Below are positions 52,180 to 63,285 of a stretch of DNA of 64,000 nt, one piece after another. Origin of the DNA: Octopus sinensis. Its lineage: Eukaryota. A program made the translations under genes and the position numbers. The first letter of the stretch is position 1, and the number at the start of each line of letters is the position of its first letter. Location of the stretch: NCBI RefSeq assembly GCF_006345805.1, contig NC_042999.1:77810001-77874000 (forward strand). The letters are read 5' to 3'. The notes beneath the pieces are model-generated. The model had not been told where the DNA came from. It searched no databases and worked only from the letters and a program-made list of their open reading frames with translations.

Positions 52180-53989
52180 CTGACAATGATAAAACAAAAG
52201 AGAGAAAAGTGTTACTCTCATATTTACGAATTGAATAATCAACAAATCATCACAATATTAGCTGCTCAGTAGGTGATACTATGTGCAGAACAGGTAAGAC
52301 TTAAGTAAATGGAAGTCAGAGAAAATTAACATGACTGAGAGTAGACACTGCTATAGAGATTAGAATTTTCAGACTATAGTATCTTTATCTATGCGCCATT
52401 TCATCAGACATCTTGTTCCAGGGTGTATTCAACATGAAATCAAGTGTGTGTGTGTGTGTGCACAGTTAATACATGTGCTGAGCCTACAGGCTTATTAAGT
52501 TGGAGCTTATCCCAGTCCAGCACAAAGTTATCCCCCAGCTACTGCTCATACTTGTTTCACCTTGGTAGATTGTAGCAATATTAAAAAATGTGTTTTGTTC
52601 AAAGACACATGCCAATTGGTCTAGGAACTGAGCCTAAAACATTACAATCATCCAAGACATGAACCAGTAGGTTACATGCCTGAATCATCATAATCATTCT
52701 TTATGTCTGCTTATACCATGCTGGTATGGCTTGGATGTTTTGACAGGATTTAAGGCGTTTGGACTACAGCTTGCTCCAATGCCTCATATTTGTATGGCCT
52801 TTAAGATTAGCTGTCCTTCCTGATGACAGCCACTTTAGAGTGAACTGAGTGCTTTTTTGTGTGTGTGTAGCACCAGCACCAGTGGCTTGGTGTACTGATT
52901 TGTCTATAAGCCATGCGATAACAGACATACACTCTGCAATCTAATGAATGTGTAGGGATGTGTCGGGGTGTATTCATATGTGTGTGCATGTGTGTGTGGA
53001 TTTTTATGTGGACGTGTGGGTTTAGGGTTGGATGAGGATATGTATGTTTTTCTTGTGCGTTGTGGTGGAGGTCGGGCGGCTCTCAACGGACCAACCATGA
53101 GGAAGACAATGATAATTTAAATTTAAATCCAATAGTGTATTTATGTCATAAGGAAAATTACTAACTGGAACCCGGACATACATATGTGCCACTTTGGATC
53201 CTAATGTAAGCGTTATTAATAATATTATGAATGATAATAATGGTAGCATTAATGGTACTGACAACGATAATGATGCTAACTTTAATGACACTTTGGAAAT
53301 TAGTAGGAAGTAATATAATGTACTATTGACTATGTATATTTGCATCTAGGTACTAATATGTGTATATTTATTATCACAATATTAAGTTGAAAAACTGAAA
53401 CATTGAATGTGGAACATATATATGTTTACTAATTTATATTATTTATTTACATTATTATGTATATGTATATTTTTATATGTATAGGAGTGTGAGTGTATGC
53501 ACTCATATGTATATGTATATTTCCGAAGAGGCCTTATGATATTTTTGTAAATGTCTCATTTATATCTATATATTGACCTACCATAAAAGGCTAATATTGG
53601 TAAAATGAGACATACTTATCTACATGGCCAAAACAGCTGTAAGATGTAATCTATACTTATATTTATATTCTCTTTTTTATATATATTCTACTTACTATAC
53701 AACATTAATCTTTTATGTACACTTTTTTATGTACATTCCTTTATGTACACTGATTTGTTCTGCTTTTTTATGTTTAACCCTACAATCTCTTATGTGGTGG
53801 TTTAATAAAGTTTGTGATTGAGTATTATCTGGTAATTGATATTTGATTTGGATGTATTTCTCCATTTTCTTATGATGATGATGATGATGATGATATATAT
53901 ATATATATGTCCCACTCATGCCAGTATAGAAGGCAGGCGTTAAATGATGATGATGATATATATTTATAAATCTGGCCATAGCTATTAGT

Positions 53990-54300
53990 GTAGGCATGGC
54001 TATACAGTCATGAAGTTTGCATCCCAATCACATGTTTCAGGCTCAGTACCCCAATGTGGCACCTCAGACAAGTGTCTTGTACTATAGCATTGGGTTAAGC
54101 AATCAGTGGCTTTTGAAAATGGAACTAAAAGAAGCCTGTCATGCGTGTGTGTGCACATTTGTGTCACCTTGTGTTGACATTGCACAACAGATGCAAATGA
54201 GTGTCGCCATCATACAAGCAGTGTCTTTCGTTTTCAATCTCTCAGAAAAATATGTCAGGCCATGAGAAAGTAATGCTTTGCTTGAAACATGTGAGGATTG
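53990..54300 (+). mobile_element. Diverged tRNA-SINE (family A-related head)
   Basis: gtaggcatggc...tcaggctcagtaccccaatgtggcacctcagacaagtgtctt. Confidence 0.7.
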
Positions 54301-54413
54301 ACAGCAGAAAGAGTAACTAGCCATAGAAAATGTACCTCGATGAATTCTGTCTGATCTATACAAGCATGAAAAAGTGGATTGTTAAAATGATGATAATGAT
54401 ATATATCCAGAAG

Positions 54414-54449
<36 letters not shown>

Positions 54450-55508
54450 GTACACACACACATACATGGCACCTATGGAATATAGGAAAACATGGGATGA
54501 AGTTGTAAGAGCCGATCTCAAGATGTTGGGACTGATGGAGATGACAATGGACCAAGATGTCTGGCAATATGAGGTTCTTGAGAAAACCCGTCCACCTTAG
54601 CGAACCAAAAGGACACCTCATGCCAAATCGTCAGTGTCTCCATGGATATAGACATCGGAAAGATATGTCAAGTCAATGAAAATAGGTCAATCTTATAACC
54701 TTTAAGATCTAAAAGCACAGCACGCACTCACGTACGTAGTGTGTCTGTACGTGTGTGTTAGCCCTCATTATACCGCCATATGCTAAGTATCCCTACCAAG
54801 GAGGATCTTGCTGATCACATAATATAATCACGGTTCTGTAAAATACTTGGGTTCCCAATTTCCCATTCCGTTGCCTGGAGGCTAGGGAGCAAGAACAGAT
54901 CTAATGCTTGATAGTAAATATAATGACCCCCCTTACAGAATTATCTACCTTTTGAAAATACTTATTTTCAACAAAGGGGCGGAGATACAGAATACGTACA
55001 CCACCCGTTTTTGGCGTAACAAAAATCCTAACCCTAAACACCGGGTGTACGTATTCTTTATTTTCGCCGACATATGCTTATGGGCAAGGTAAAAAGGTGT
55101 TTTAATGTTTACAATTAGACATTCGACATTGCAACTGTTTGAGGTCACTTCCGGTTGTGTAGTCTGACTTTGAAACCACTAAATTCAACATGATTGATCA
55201 AAATTTTTAATATGCAGTTCGAGGTCCTAAAATACCACTTCTCCAAGCTTTATTTAATCTTTCATCGTTTTAGGAGTAAGTTGGATAACCAACAGTTTAA
55301 GTGTTACTCGTATTATCTGTATTAAAAAAATGTATTATATTGCTCAAGAATTACTATTAAAACAAACATCGTTTCTTTCTAATGAGAAAAAAAGACAACT
55401 ATTTCTGAATTCTATATTAAAAATGAAAAGTAAAGCTATGTCTAAACCTGCATGTAGAAAGAATGCGATAAGCTTATAATGACACTATACAAGTCGTTAA
55501 TCATTCAC

Positions 55509-55659
55509 CTCCAGATGCGTTTTTCCATTGACCAGGTTCTTTCTTCTCTCCTTCAGCGATGTACCGTTTATATAATGTTAATCCGATAATGTTCCAAGTT
55601 CCAAAGAACACCAAAGCTGTCCCCAATGTTACAGTACCACCTTTAACATATCGTCGCAT
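55509..55659 (-). CDS. 98-aa single-pass membrane microprotein, coding exon 1: MRRYVKGGTVTLGTALVFFGTWNIIGLTLYKRYIAEGEKKEPGQWKNASG
   Basis: acaATG start with an upstream in-frame TAA and no earlier ATG; G|gtgaat donor, phase 1; one hydrophobic segment at about residues 8-30; head-to-head with RNASEH2C. Confidence 0.8.
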
Positions 55660-55781
55660 TGTGAGTGTTTGTAGGACTGGACGAATAGGAAAGTCATGGA
55701 AATACGAAAGTTTGGCTTTTTACGAAAACTAGAGTTGTTCCCCTTTAAGATCCGGCTCTTCGCGCCAAATACGAAACCAAA
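55660..55781. promoter_or_regulatory. Compact bidirectional promoter/5'UTR region between divergent ATGs; E2F-type TTTGGCGC (- strand, 55762-55769) and YY1-like CAAAATGGC over the RNASEH2C ATG
   Basis: Divergent start codons 122 nt apart; motifs read directly from the sequence (ttcgcgccaaa). Confidence 0.7.
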
Positions 55782-55929
55782 ATGGCTGTCTACGTGGATT
55801 TGACTAAGTGGCAGCAAGCCGATGTAGCTGATAGATGTCATTATATGCCCTGTATAATAAAGTACAGCGGTGAAACAAATGCTGAAAAGTATTTTGAAAC
55901 AACTATTCAAGAGGATGACGACAAAAAGG
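55782..55929 (+). CDS. RNASEH2C: Ribonuclease H2 subunit C, exon 1: MAVYVDLTKWQQADVADRCHYMPCIIKYSGETNAEKYFETTIQEDDDKK (not in ORF track)
   Basis: H.(L/M)PC.I...G......YF..I N-terminal signature of RNase H2C; aaaATGG start; G|gtatat donor, phase 1. Confidence 0.88.
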
Positions 55930-56138
55930 GTATATGAATACGATTATTTCTTCTTGTTTGATGATGTCGTTGAAGCATCTTGCAGAACTTAAATTCGTAT
56001 TTCTGCAGTAAGTGTTTAAATTTCACCGTAGTCGATAAAATAGGAATCAGTAAGACACTAGAATTTGTTCAATTATTCCTTTTCCACTGGACGAAAGCTA
56101 TCTTTTTTTCTTTTCTGAAAATTTTATCAGTAAAAATT

Positions 56139-56617
56139 TCGGCAAGACTCCTCCCGTCCCCTCCATTTTCTTGCAAATTATTGTTTTTTAAAACTTTTTT
56201 TGCTAAAAACCCACGCTTTCGGATACGGAGATTCTGAAAAATTGCAAAAATCGGAATTTTGAAATTTTTTGCTCTCCCCCCCCCCTACCCAATTTCTTCA
56301 TTTTTCATTTTTTTCCGTAACCAGAAAAACTTTTGGAAATTTTTTTCAGAATAATAATCTCCGTATTTTTTCTACATATTTTGGTTAATATAGGGCGTAA
56401 CAAATATCAGAAAATCAAAAAAAAGAAATTTCTGAAAAAAAAGTTTAAAAGGAAGAATTGAGGTGGGTGAGGGGTAATTTCAAAATGCCGATTTTTGTCA
56501 ATTATTTTGCAGATTCGTATTCTCCATAGCCGAAAACGGGTGTTTGTGTAGAAAAAAAAATAATTAAATAAAAAAAAAAAGAGGTGTTTTGGTGGGTACA
56601 AAAGGAAGTCTTGCCGA
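56139..56617. mobile_element. Diverged inverted-repeat element (MITE) in RNASEH2C intron 1
   Basis: tcggcaagact at 56139 / agtcttgccga at 56607; further inverse blocks inside. Confidence 0.65.
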
Positions 56618-57127
56618 GTTTCGCAATTGTTACGATGAGCTATTACTGTCCGCTTAATATTTATTTAACAGCTACAACTGATCGTCGACTTAGGTTATGA
56701 TTTTTACCAGTTTCCATCTGTTTTTATACAAAAAGCGGTTCTCATACGGTTCATCTCCACAAGGGAGATCACTATGTTATATATTTCACAGGATTGTGCA
56801 GTGTAACTAAGTTTATTTTCATTTTTTTGTATTCTTTTATGCTTTTATATGTTTCAGTCCAATGACTGTGGCCATGCTGGAGCACCACCATTAAAATTAA
56901 ATTTAACGACGAGGATGAGATATATATGTATTAAACATTTTTTTCAACTATAAATGTAGGCTGTCATTTCAATGTACAGTGTAAATAACTTACGTAAATG
57001 ATAATCCCTAAGTTTGTGACGCTATCTAGCTGAAAGTGAATTCTGGGAATGCATTAATCAAAGGTAAATATTTCATAAATGGGTGTATTTTTATAATTCC
57101 TCATTATCCCCAGACTAGATAAAAATA

Positions 57128-58634
57128 TGGCATAACTACATATTTCTGCCCCCCCCCCTCAACTTTGGATGAGCATAACTTTCAGAAAAATGGATATCTT
57201 TTTATGAAATTTTCTACGAATATGTGTTATATCGTAGATTCCGAATATACAAAATTTTGGAGGAAAAGTGTTTTAGGAGTGGGTCGGGTGGGGAATTTCG
57301 GAAAATTCACCGGAGTCCACTTCAATTCGTCTTAACTTTCAAGAAAATGGATATTTTTAAATAAAATTCTCTACAAATATACCTCGGACTATGTAGATTC
57401 CGAGGACATAAGAATTTTGATAGAAAACTATTGGGGGTTACTTTTGAGAACTGTTCCCCCCACTCGTGGGTGTTTCATCCATATTTATTTTATTTTCTCC
57501 GTTTTGTGTGTTTGTGCATCCGTACATTTCTACTGAAGCAACTAACAGGCAATAAAAGCAAATGAAGACCTCACCAGAAAACTCATTATATATAGAAATA
57601 CCTTTCAAACGGCACATACATTACGATTATAAAGAAATTTGTGGGGAAAATCTTTTTCAACGGGGTGAGGAGAGGACTTCGGAAAATTCACAAAATTCGG
57701 GTTTTTCCCTCATAATAGTTTGTTTTTTTTAATTTTATATGAATACCTTTGTAATGGTATACATTATGACTATAATTTGTGGGAAAAAATCTTGCGGTGG
57801 GGAGAGGACTTTCGGAAAATTCCCAAGATTCGAATTTTGCCTCGTTATATTCCGAAATCACATTCAACTTTCTACAGCTACCCTAGTACGTAATGTTTGT
57901 TTCTACCCTCTTTCAATAAAAGCCCTCTCCTCACCCTTTGGAAAAGAATTTCGCCACTAATTTCTTTATAATCGTAATGTGTGTCGTTTGAATGGTATTT
58001 CTATAAAATTTCATGTTATTAAGATGACTTATCTGTTTCATACGATTTTTTTTTTTCACTTTAAGTAAATTCCCAGGTATACGTTTCTAATAGAAAGGCA
58101 GAAGACACCAGAAGCAAAAATAAGGAATATACACGCACAGTTAAATATAGAAGTGTAATTTGTTATAGAATATCTATAATAAACATGATATTGCATGGAA
58201 TAATTCACCGTTTGAACTTTTTTAATTACATGTGTGTGTGTGGGTGGTAGAAATCTACGGATGCTCAAACGCGCAAAATGGAGAAAATGAAACAAATATG
58301 GACTTGTTCAGAAACACTCGCGAGTGGGGAACAGTTCTCAAAAATAACTCCCAATTGTTTTCCACCAAAATTCTTATGTCCTCGGATTCTACATAGTCCG
58401 AAGTAAAAAATATTCATTTTCTTCAAAGTTAAGACGAATTGAAGTGGACTCCGGTGAATTTTCCGAAATTCCCCACTGGACCCCCTCCTAAAACACTTTA
58501 TCCCCCAAATTTTGTATATTCGGAATCTACGATATAACACATATTCGTAGGAAATTTCATTAAAAAATATTCATTTTTCTGAAAGTTATGCTCATCCAAA
58601 TTTGGGGGGGGGGCTGAAATCTGTAGTTATGCCA
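57128..58634. mobile_element. 1.5-kb foldback element with ~400-bp inverted arms plus an inner inverted pair
   Basis: 57128-57533 is the reverse complement of 58247-58634 (e.g. ggaaaattcaccggagtccacttcaattcgtcttaacttt / aaagttaagacgaattgaagtggactccggtgaattttcc); inner pair ~57585-57690 / ~57915-58010. Confidence 0.92.
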
Positions 58635-60379
58635 AAAATATATTTATTTCAAGTGATGGCCGCATGGAAAACGGGCATTAAATGATAATTCTAATCATTA
58701 TTTCTTAAATATTCATCTTAGTATATTGTACTACTTATATGGTTATAGTGTTATACATAATACAGTAAGTAACCTCCCTTGTGGCACGAAAGCCTGCGTC
58801 TGCATGACCTCTATTGTGATCTTGTCACGATAAAATACAGAGTGGCTGGTATTAGGAAGAATATTTACTCATAGAAACCATATAAAAGAAATATTTTTGT
58901 ACCATACTCCAGTATTTGCCCTTGCGGTTACCTTCTGTAGCCACAGTGTTATTGTGATCACCGTTGTTATTGTTACTTTATTGTTGCTGGTGTTGTTTTA
59001 TTCAATCATTGTTTAAACTGGAATATATTTTCTTAATTTTATTGTTCGTGTAGTAAGCTACGAAATTCTTGCATTCTCTTGTGGTCCCAGCAGACAATGG
59101 AAAAGGCAATGCCCCACAGGGTGGCAAGGAGAATGCTTTTGGACAGGCACTCTGAATCCCAGGGCTATGAAAACCATATTGTTTTCATATTTTTGCTTCC
59201 ATTTATATGTGTCTTGTCCACATGATTGTGGTACTTATTACCACCCAGTGACATTAAATTCACAATTGTGTATAAACACTGTCATTGCAGTGTTTGTATA
59301 TTCTACTGTGAATGCATCAAGCAATGAACCTATGCATGTAGGCTTTCCTAACCTTAATTAAGGGCACTGAACTCTATGAACATCTCCTAGCCCTATTAGT
59401 TGAAGAAAAGACAGATAAACACTTTTAAATACTTGAGTGTATAGCTACTTCTAGTTACTGTATGAACGTTTTGATTATTTCTTGTAGATCCAACTGTTAT
59501 TTTTATTTTATATCACAAATGAGGAACAATAATGTTGTTGGTTTTAGATTCCTAGTTTTAACATCTACTGGAATGAGAGTGACAAAGAATAATCTGTTAA
59601 AAACATACTATTTTAAAAATTATTCTTTATAAGAATATAATCAACCCAACCCTTTTAATTAAACTGGTTTCATCAGTTCTTTGACTTCCATTATTTGACA
59701 GCACTGTCATTGGAATGCCAAATCTAGGAAAGACAAATAATAGAAATTTTGTTTCGTTTTTCAGCATTATTACTATTTTGGTTTCCTTACTAATAATTAC
59801 AACATTCACCATTTGTAAATAAATGCTACATGCATATATTTAGTAAATATTCTTTACCTTCATTGTATTAAATAGTTACTGTGATTAAATCAAAAGGTTC
59901 TGTCTGCTGAAGGGAATGAAGAGCAACTTGAGTAGTTTTGCTTGTTATTTCCAGTTCAAAGCTACTCTTGAAAAATGCAATGAACAACAGAGACCTGTAG
60001 TCTAACCACATGGTCTATCTGCATAACTTAGCCATAAGTATGTATAGTAAATGTATGCATGTAAATTAATTTATAAACTTAAGAACGTGGACACTGTATT
60101 AGTACTTTGTGTGTGTATATATATATCTGTATATGTAATATGTGACAATTATTTCATGTTGTTCCAGTTAAGTCAACTGTAGAAATAAGATGTGATGTCA
60201 CTCATGCCAAGCTATATCAGCATTTGCCTTTCCCTTGGACAACATTGATGACATAGATAGGGAAGACTGCTATGCATGGGCAACTGCTGGTCCTCCACAA
60301 ACAAATTTACCCAAATTTGTGTCTTGGAGGGGAACTTTCTAGGTCCAGTACCATGATCATTCATGACCAAAAGTGGTCT

Positions 60380-60412
<33 letters not shown>

Positions 60413-60539
60413 ACATGTATATATACACACACACACACACATGTACACATCAAACTCTTGCACTGATTTTGTCTACCATATTCCATTTCCATGGCTTTTG
60501 TCAATCTAAGACTACAGTAGAAAAATACTTTCCCCAAAC

Positions 60540-60652
60540 ACTGCCAGATCTGACTGGCCTGGTGCAGCCTTCGGGCTCCCCAGACTCCAGTTGAACCGTC
60601 CAACCCATGCTAGCATGGAAAGCGGACGTTAAATGAGGATGATGATGATGAA
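60540..60652 (+). mobile_element. Short copy of the RTE 3' tail (also at 41300-41360, 45880-45928, and inverted at 48820-49000, 52690-52880)
   Basis: gaaccgtccaacccatgctagcatggaaagcggacgttaaatgatgatg is near-identical to 51837-51893. Confidence 0.88.
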
Positions 60653-61349
60653 TGCTACACTTGTATCAAGCCCAGCACCATGTATTTGTAAAACAAACTT
60701 AACTATACAGCCATGCCAGCTCTGAGAACATATTTTGAGATATATTCTTCAAGTTGACCTCTTTTCTTCTAATTATGCACCAGCTTTTCATTTATTCTAT
60801 TCATCCTTGCTGCAAGAATGCTGTTTGAAGAGTTTGTAAAGGCAACGACCTTCACTTTGAAATTTGCATTATATGTCATTGTGTGTATTAAATAAGTTCA
60901 AGAAAGCAAAAAGACATGCTAGCCTTTTAGCTCCGTTTATGGAGTTATACTGATGTGATGGTTTCTGAATATGTATGTATATGTTATGTGTATATCATAA
61001 GCAAATATTATACCCTTCCTAACACCAACCACTTTACAGGATGTAATGGGTGCTCATTTTGTGATACCAGCATTCGTGAGTTTGCCCTGTAGCTTGCAAG
61101 ACAAAGATTCCTTTGAATGTACGGGACTATTGTAGAGAGCAAGGCAGTTTCAAACTAGGTGGTGAAATGTTAAAATGTGAAGGAAGGGGACTAGAATATT
61201 TGTTCTAGTCCTTCCTTTCTTACTTTAACTTTTTATGTCATTTAACATAAAGTTGTCTCCCACTTTACTGTAGTCTTATTTAGTGGAAGAGGATCTTAGT
61301 CTTGTGACCTACATGTTCACATCACCATAAATATAAAATATGTATATAT

Positions 61350-61707
61350 TGGCTGTGTGGTAAGTAGCTTGCTTACCAACCAAATGGTTCCAGATTCAGT
61401 CCCACTGGGTGGCACCATGGGCAAGTGTCTTCTATAGCCTTGGGCTGACCAAAGCCTTGTGAGTGGATTTGACAGACAGAAACTGAAAGGAGCCTGTCAT
61501 ATATATGTGTGTCTGTGTTTGTCCCTCCACCATTGTTTGACAACCGATGTTGGTGTGTTTACATTTCTGTAACTTAGAAGTTCGGCAAAAGAGACCAATA
61601 GAATAAGTACTAGGCTTACAAAGAATAAGTCCTGGGGTTGATTTGTTCGACTAAAAGGTGTTGCTCCAGCATGGCCACAGTCAAATGACTGAAACAAATA
61701 AATGAAT
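61350..61707 (+). mobile_element. SINE family A copy
   Basis: tggctgtgtggtaagtagcttgc...gtcaaatgactgaaac. Confidence 0.9.
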
Positions 61708-62170
61708 ACACACACACACACATATGAGAGCAGACTTATGATTAAAATCCTTCCAGCTGTCACCAATCTTATCAAGAGTGTATCTGGGACTACTACTTTA
61801 TCCAGTGTGTGATTTGAGGGAAATTTAGATGCTATTTCTAGTAGGCCAAGCTAGTATGTTTAAGTACATGTAATATTCCTCAAGCTGTGACCAAATTAAC
61901 AAGATTACTTGACCTAGAAATAATAACCAAATGCCCCTAGAATCACCCACTGGAGAATATTTAAAAAAGATAGAATTATGGTGAATGATTTAAAGCTAAA
62001 AATAAAAATTATTTTAAACTAAAATAAAATAAAATACTCTCCATAAACTAATTTTTATATTAACTGGATTAACGAAAATAGAGATATGTTATTAATTAAT
62101 ACTAATTTGAATTCATTGGTTTCAATGATTTTCTATATTCTTAATATATTTTTATTTTATTTTACTTTAG

Positions 62171-62239
62171 AGCTCTCAGCATCTTTTCGAGGCCGTCCCT
62201 TAAATGGTAAAATTTTGACACCTCCTCCTGGATATGAAA
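62171..62239 (+). CDS. RNASEH2C: Ribonuclease H2 subunit C, exon 2: ELSASFRGRPLNGKILTPPPGYE (gene continues past the window)
   Basis: tttactttag acceptor in phase 1; the SFRGR.L.G....P.GY motif is the conserved RNase H2C core; A|gtgagt donor. Confidence 0.92.
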
Positions 62240-62329
62240 GTGAGTTGAGAAAATTTCAGTACATCCATTTTCTTTCTCTTGCTTTGAGTAAAAAGAAATG
62301 ATATTATGTACTATGCTGTCTACTCTTTA

Positions 62330-62695
62330 CTCTTTTACTTGTTTCAGTCATTTGACTGTGGCCATGCTGGAGCACTGCCTTTAGTCAAGCAAATCGACCC
62401 CAGGACTTATTCTTTGTAAGCCTAGTACTTATTCTATCAGTCTCTTTTGCCAAACCACTAAGTTACGGGGATGTAAACACATCAGCATTGGTTGTCAAGC
62501 GATATTAGGGAGACAAACACAGACACACAAACATATACAACGGGCTTCTTTCAGTTTCTGTCTACCAAATCCACTCACAAGGCTTTGGTCGGCCTGAGGC
62601 TATAGCAGAAGACACTTGCTCAAGGTGGCACGCTGTGGGACTGAACCTGGAACCATGTGGTTGGTAAGCAAGCTACTTACCACACAGCCACTCCT
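62330..62695 (-). mobile_element. SINE family A copy, inverted relative to the 61350 copy
   Basis: ctcttttacttgtttcagtcatttgac...gcaagctacttaccacacagccactcct. Confidence 0.9.
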
Positions 62696-63285
62696 ACGAC
62701 TATGTGACTTAGGTATGGCATTTAACCTATTTAACCTTCTCTCCTATTCACTGTACCTTATTGTCCATTTAATGAGGGATGATATTGAAGCCATATCTAT
62801 TCATTCCCCATCGCTGTCATCCTCTACTTCTTTCACTCATCATGATGCCTATGTATAAAGGATTTCATTGTATCTGTACCCAATACACTCTACCATCATT
62901 CTCTCTTCCCAGGCTTCATCATCTCTAACATTGCCTATCTTTATTAATAGGCATTGCTCTTTCTACCACTCTCTCACTCCACTTCTAACCTTGTTCATTT
63001 AATCTACATAACATGATTTTTCTTGTCATTGTTCTCTCAGATATTCACTTTCTGGGTCATGTTGCTTTGAGCTAATGAATCCACCAGTAAGTAGTGAGGA
63101 CTCTCTAGTCTTACATTGCAGAAGGCAACATCACTAATGCTGGTGCTGCTATGAAATACATCCAATACACACTATACAGTGGATGTGGAATGAACAGAGA
63201 CAACATAAGGTTGAGAAAACTCTTTAGTGTTAAGAACAGGGTGACCTCTTAGTGCTTCAGCCATAATGAAATGCACACAGTATAC

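Noticed and set aside
55629-55910. 93-aa - strand ORF spanning the promoter
   Set aside because: Antisense shadow of RNASEH2C exon 1 and in a different frame from the spliced microprotein; no recognisable motifs or splice support.
59488-59523. Candidate RNASEH2C exon after a good acceptor (ttatttcttgtag)
   Set aside because: In-frame TGA after 11 codons, no RNase H2C similarity and no convincing donor; exon 62171-62239 fits phase and homology. A poison exon cannot be fully excluded without RNA data.
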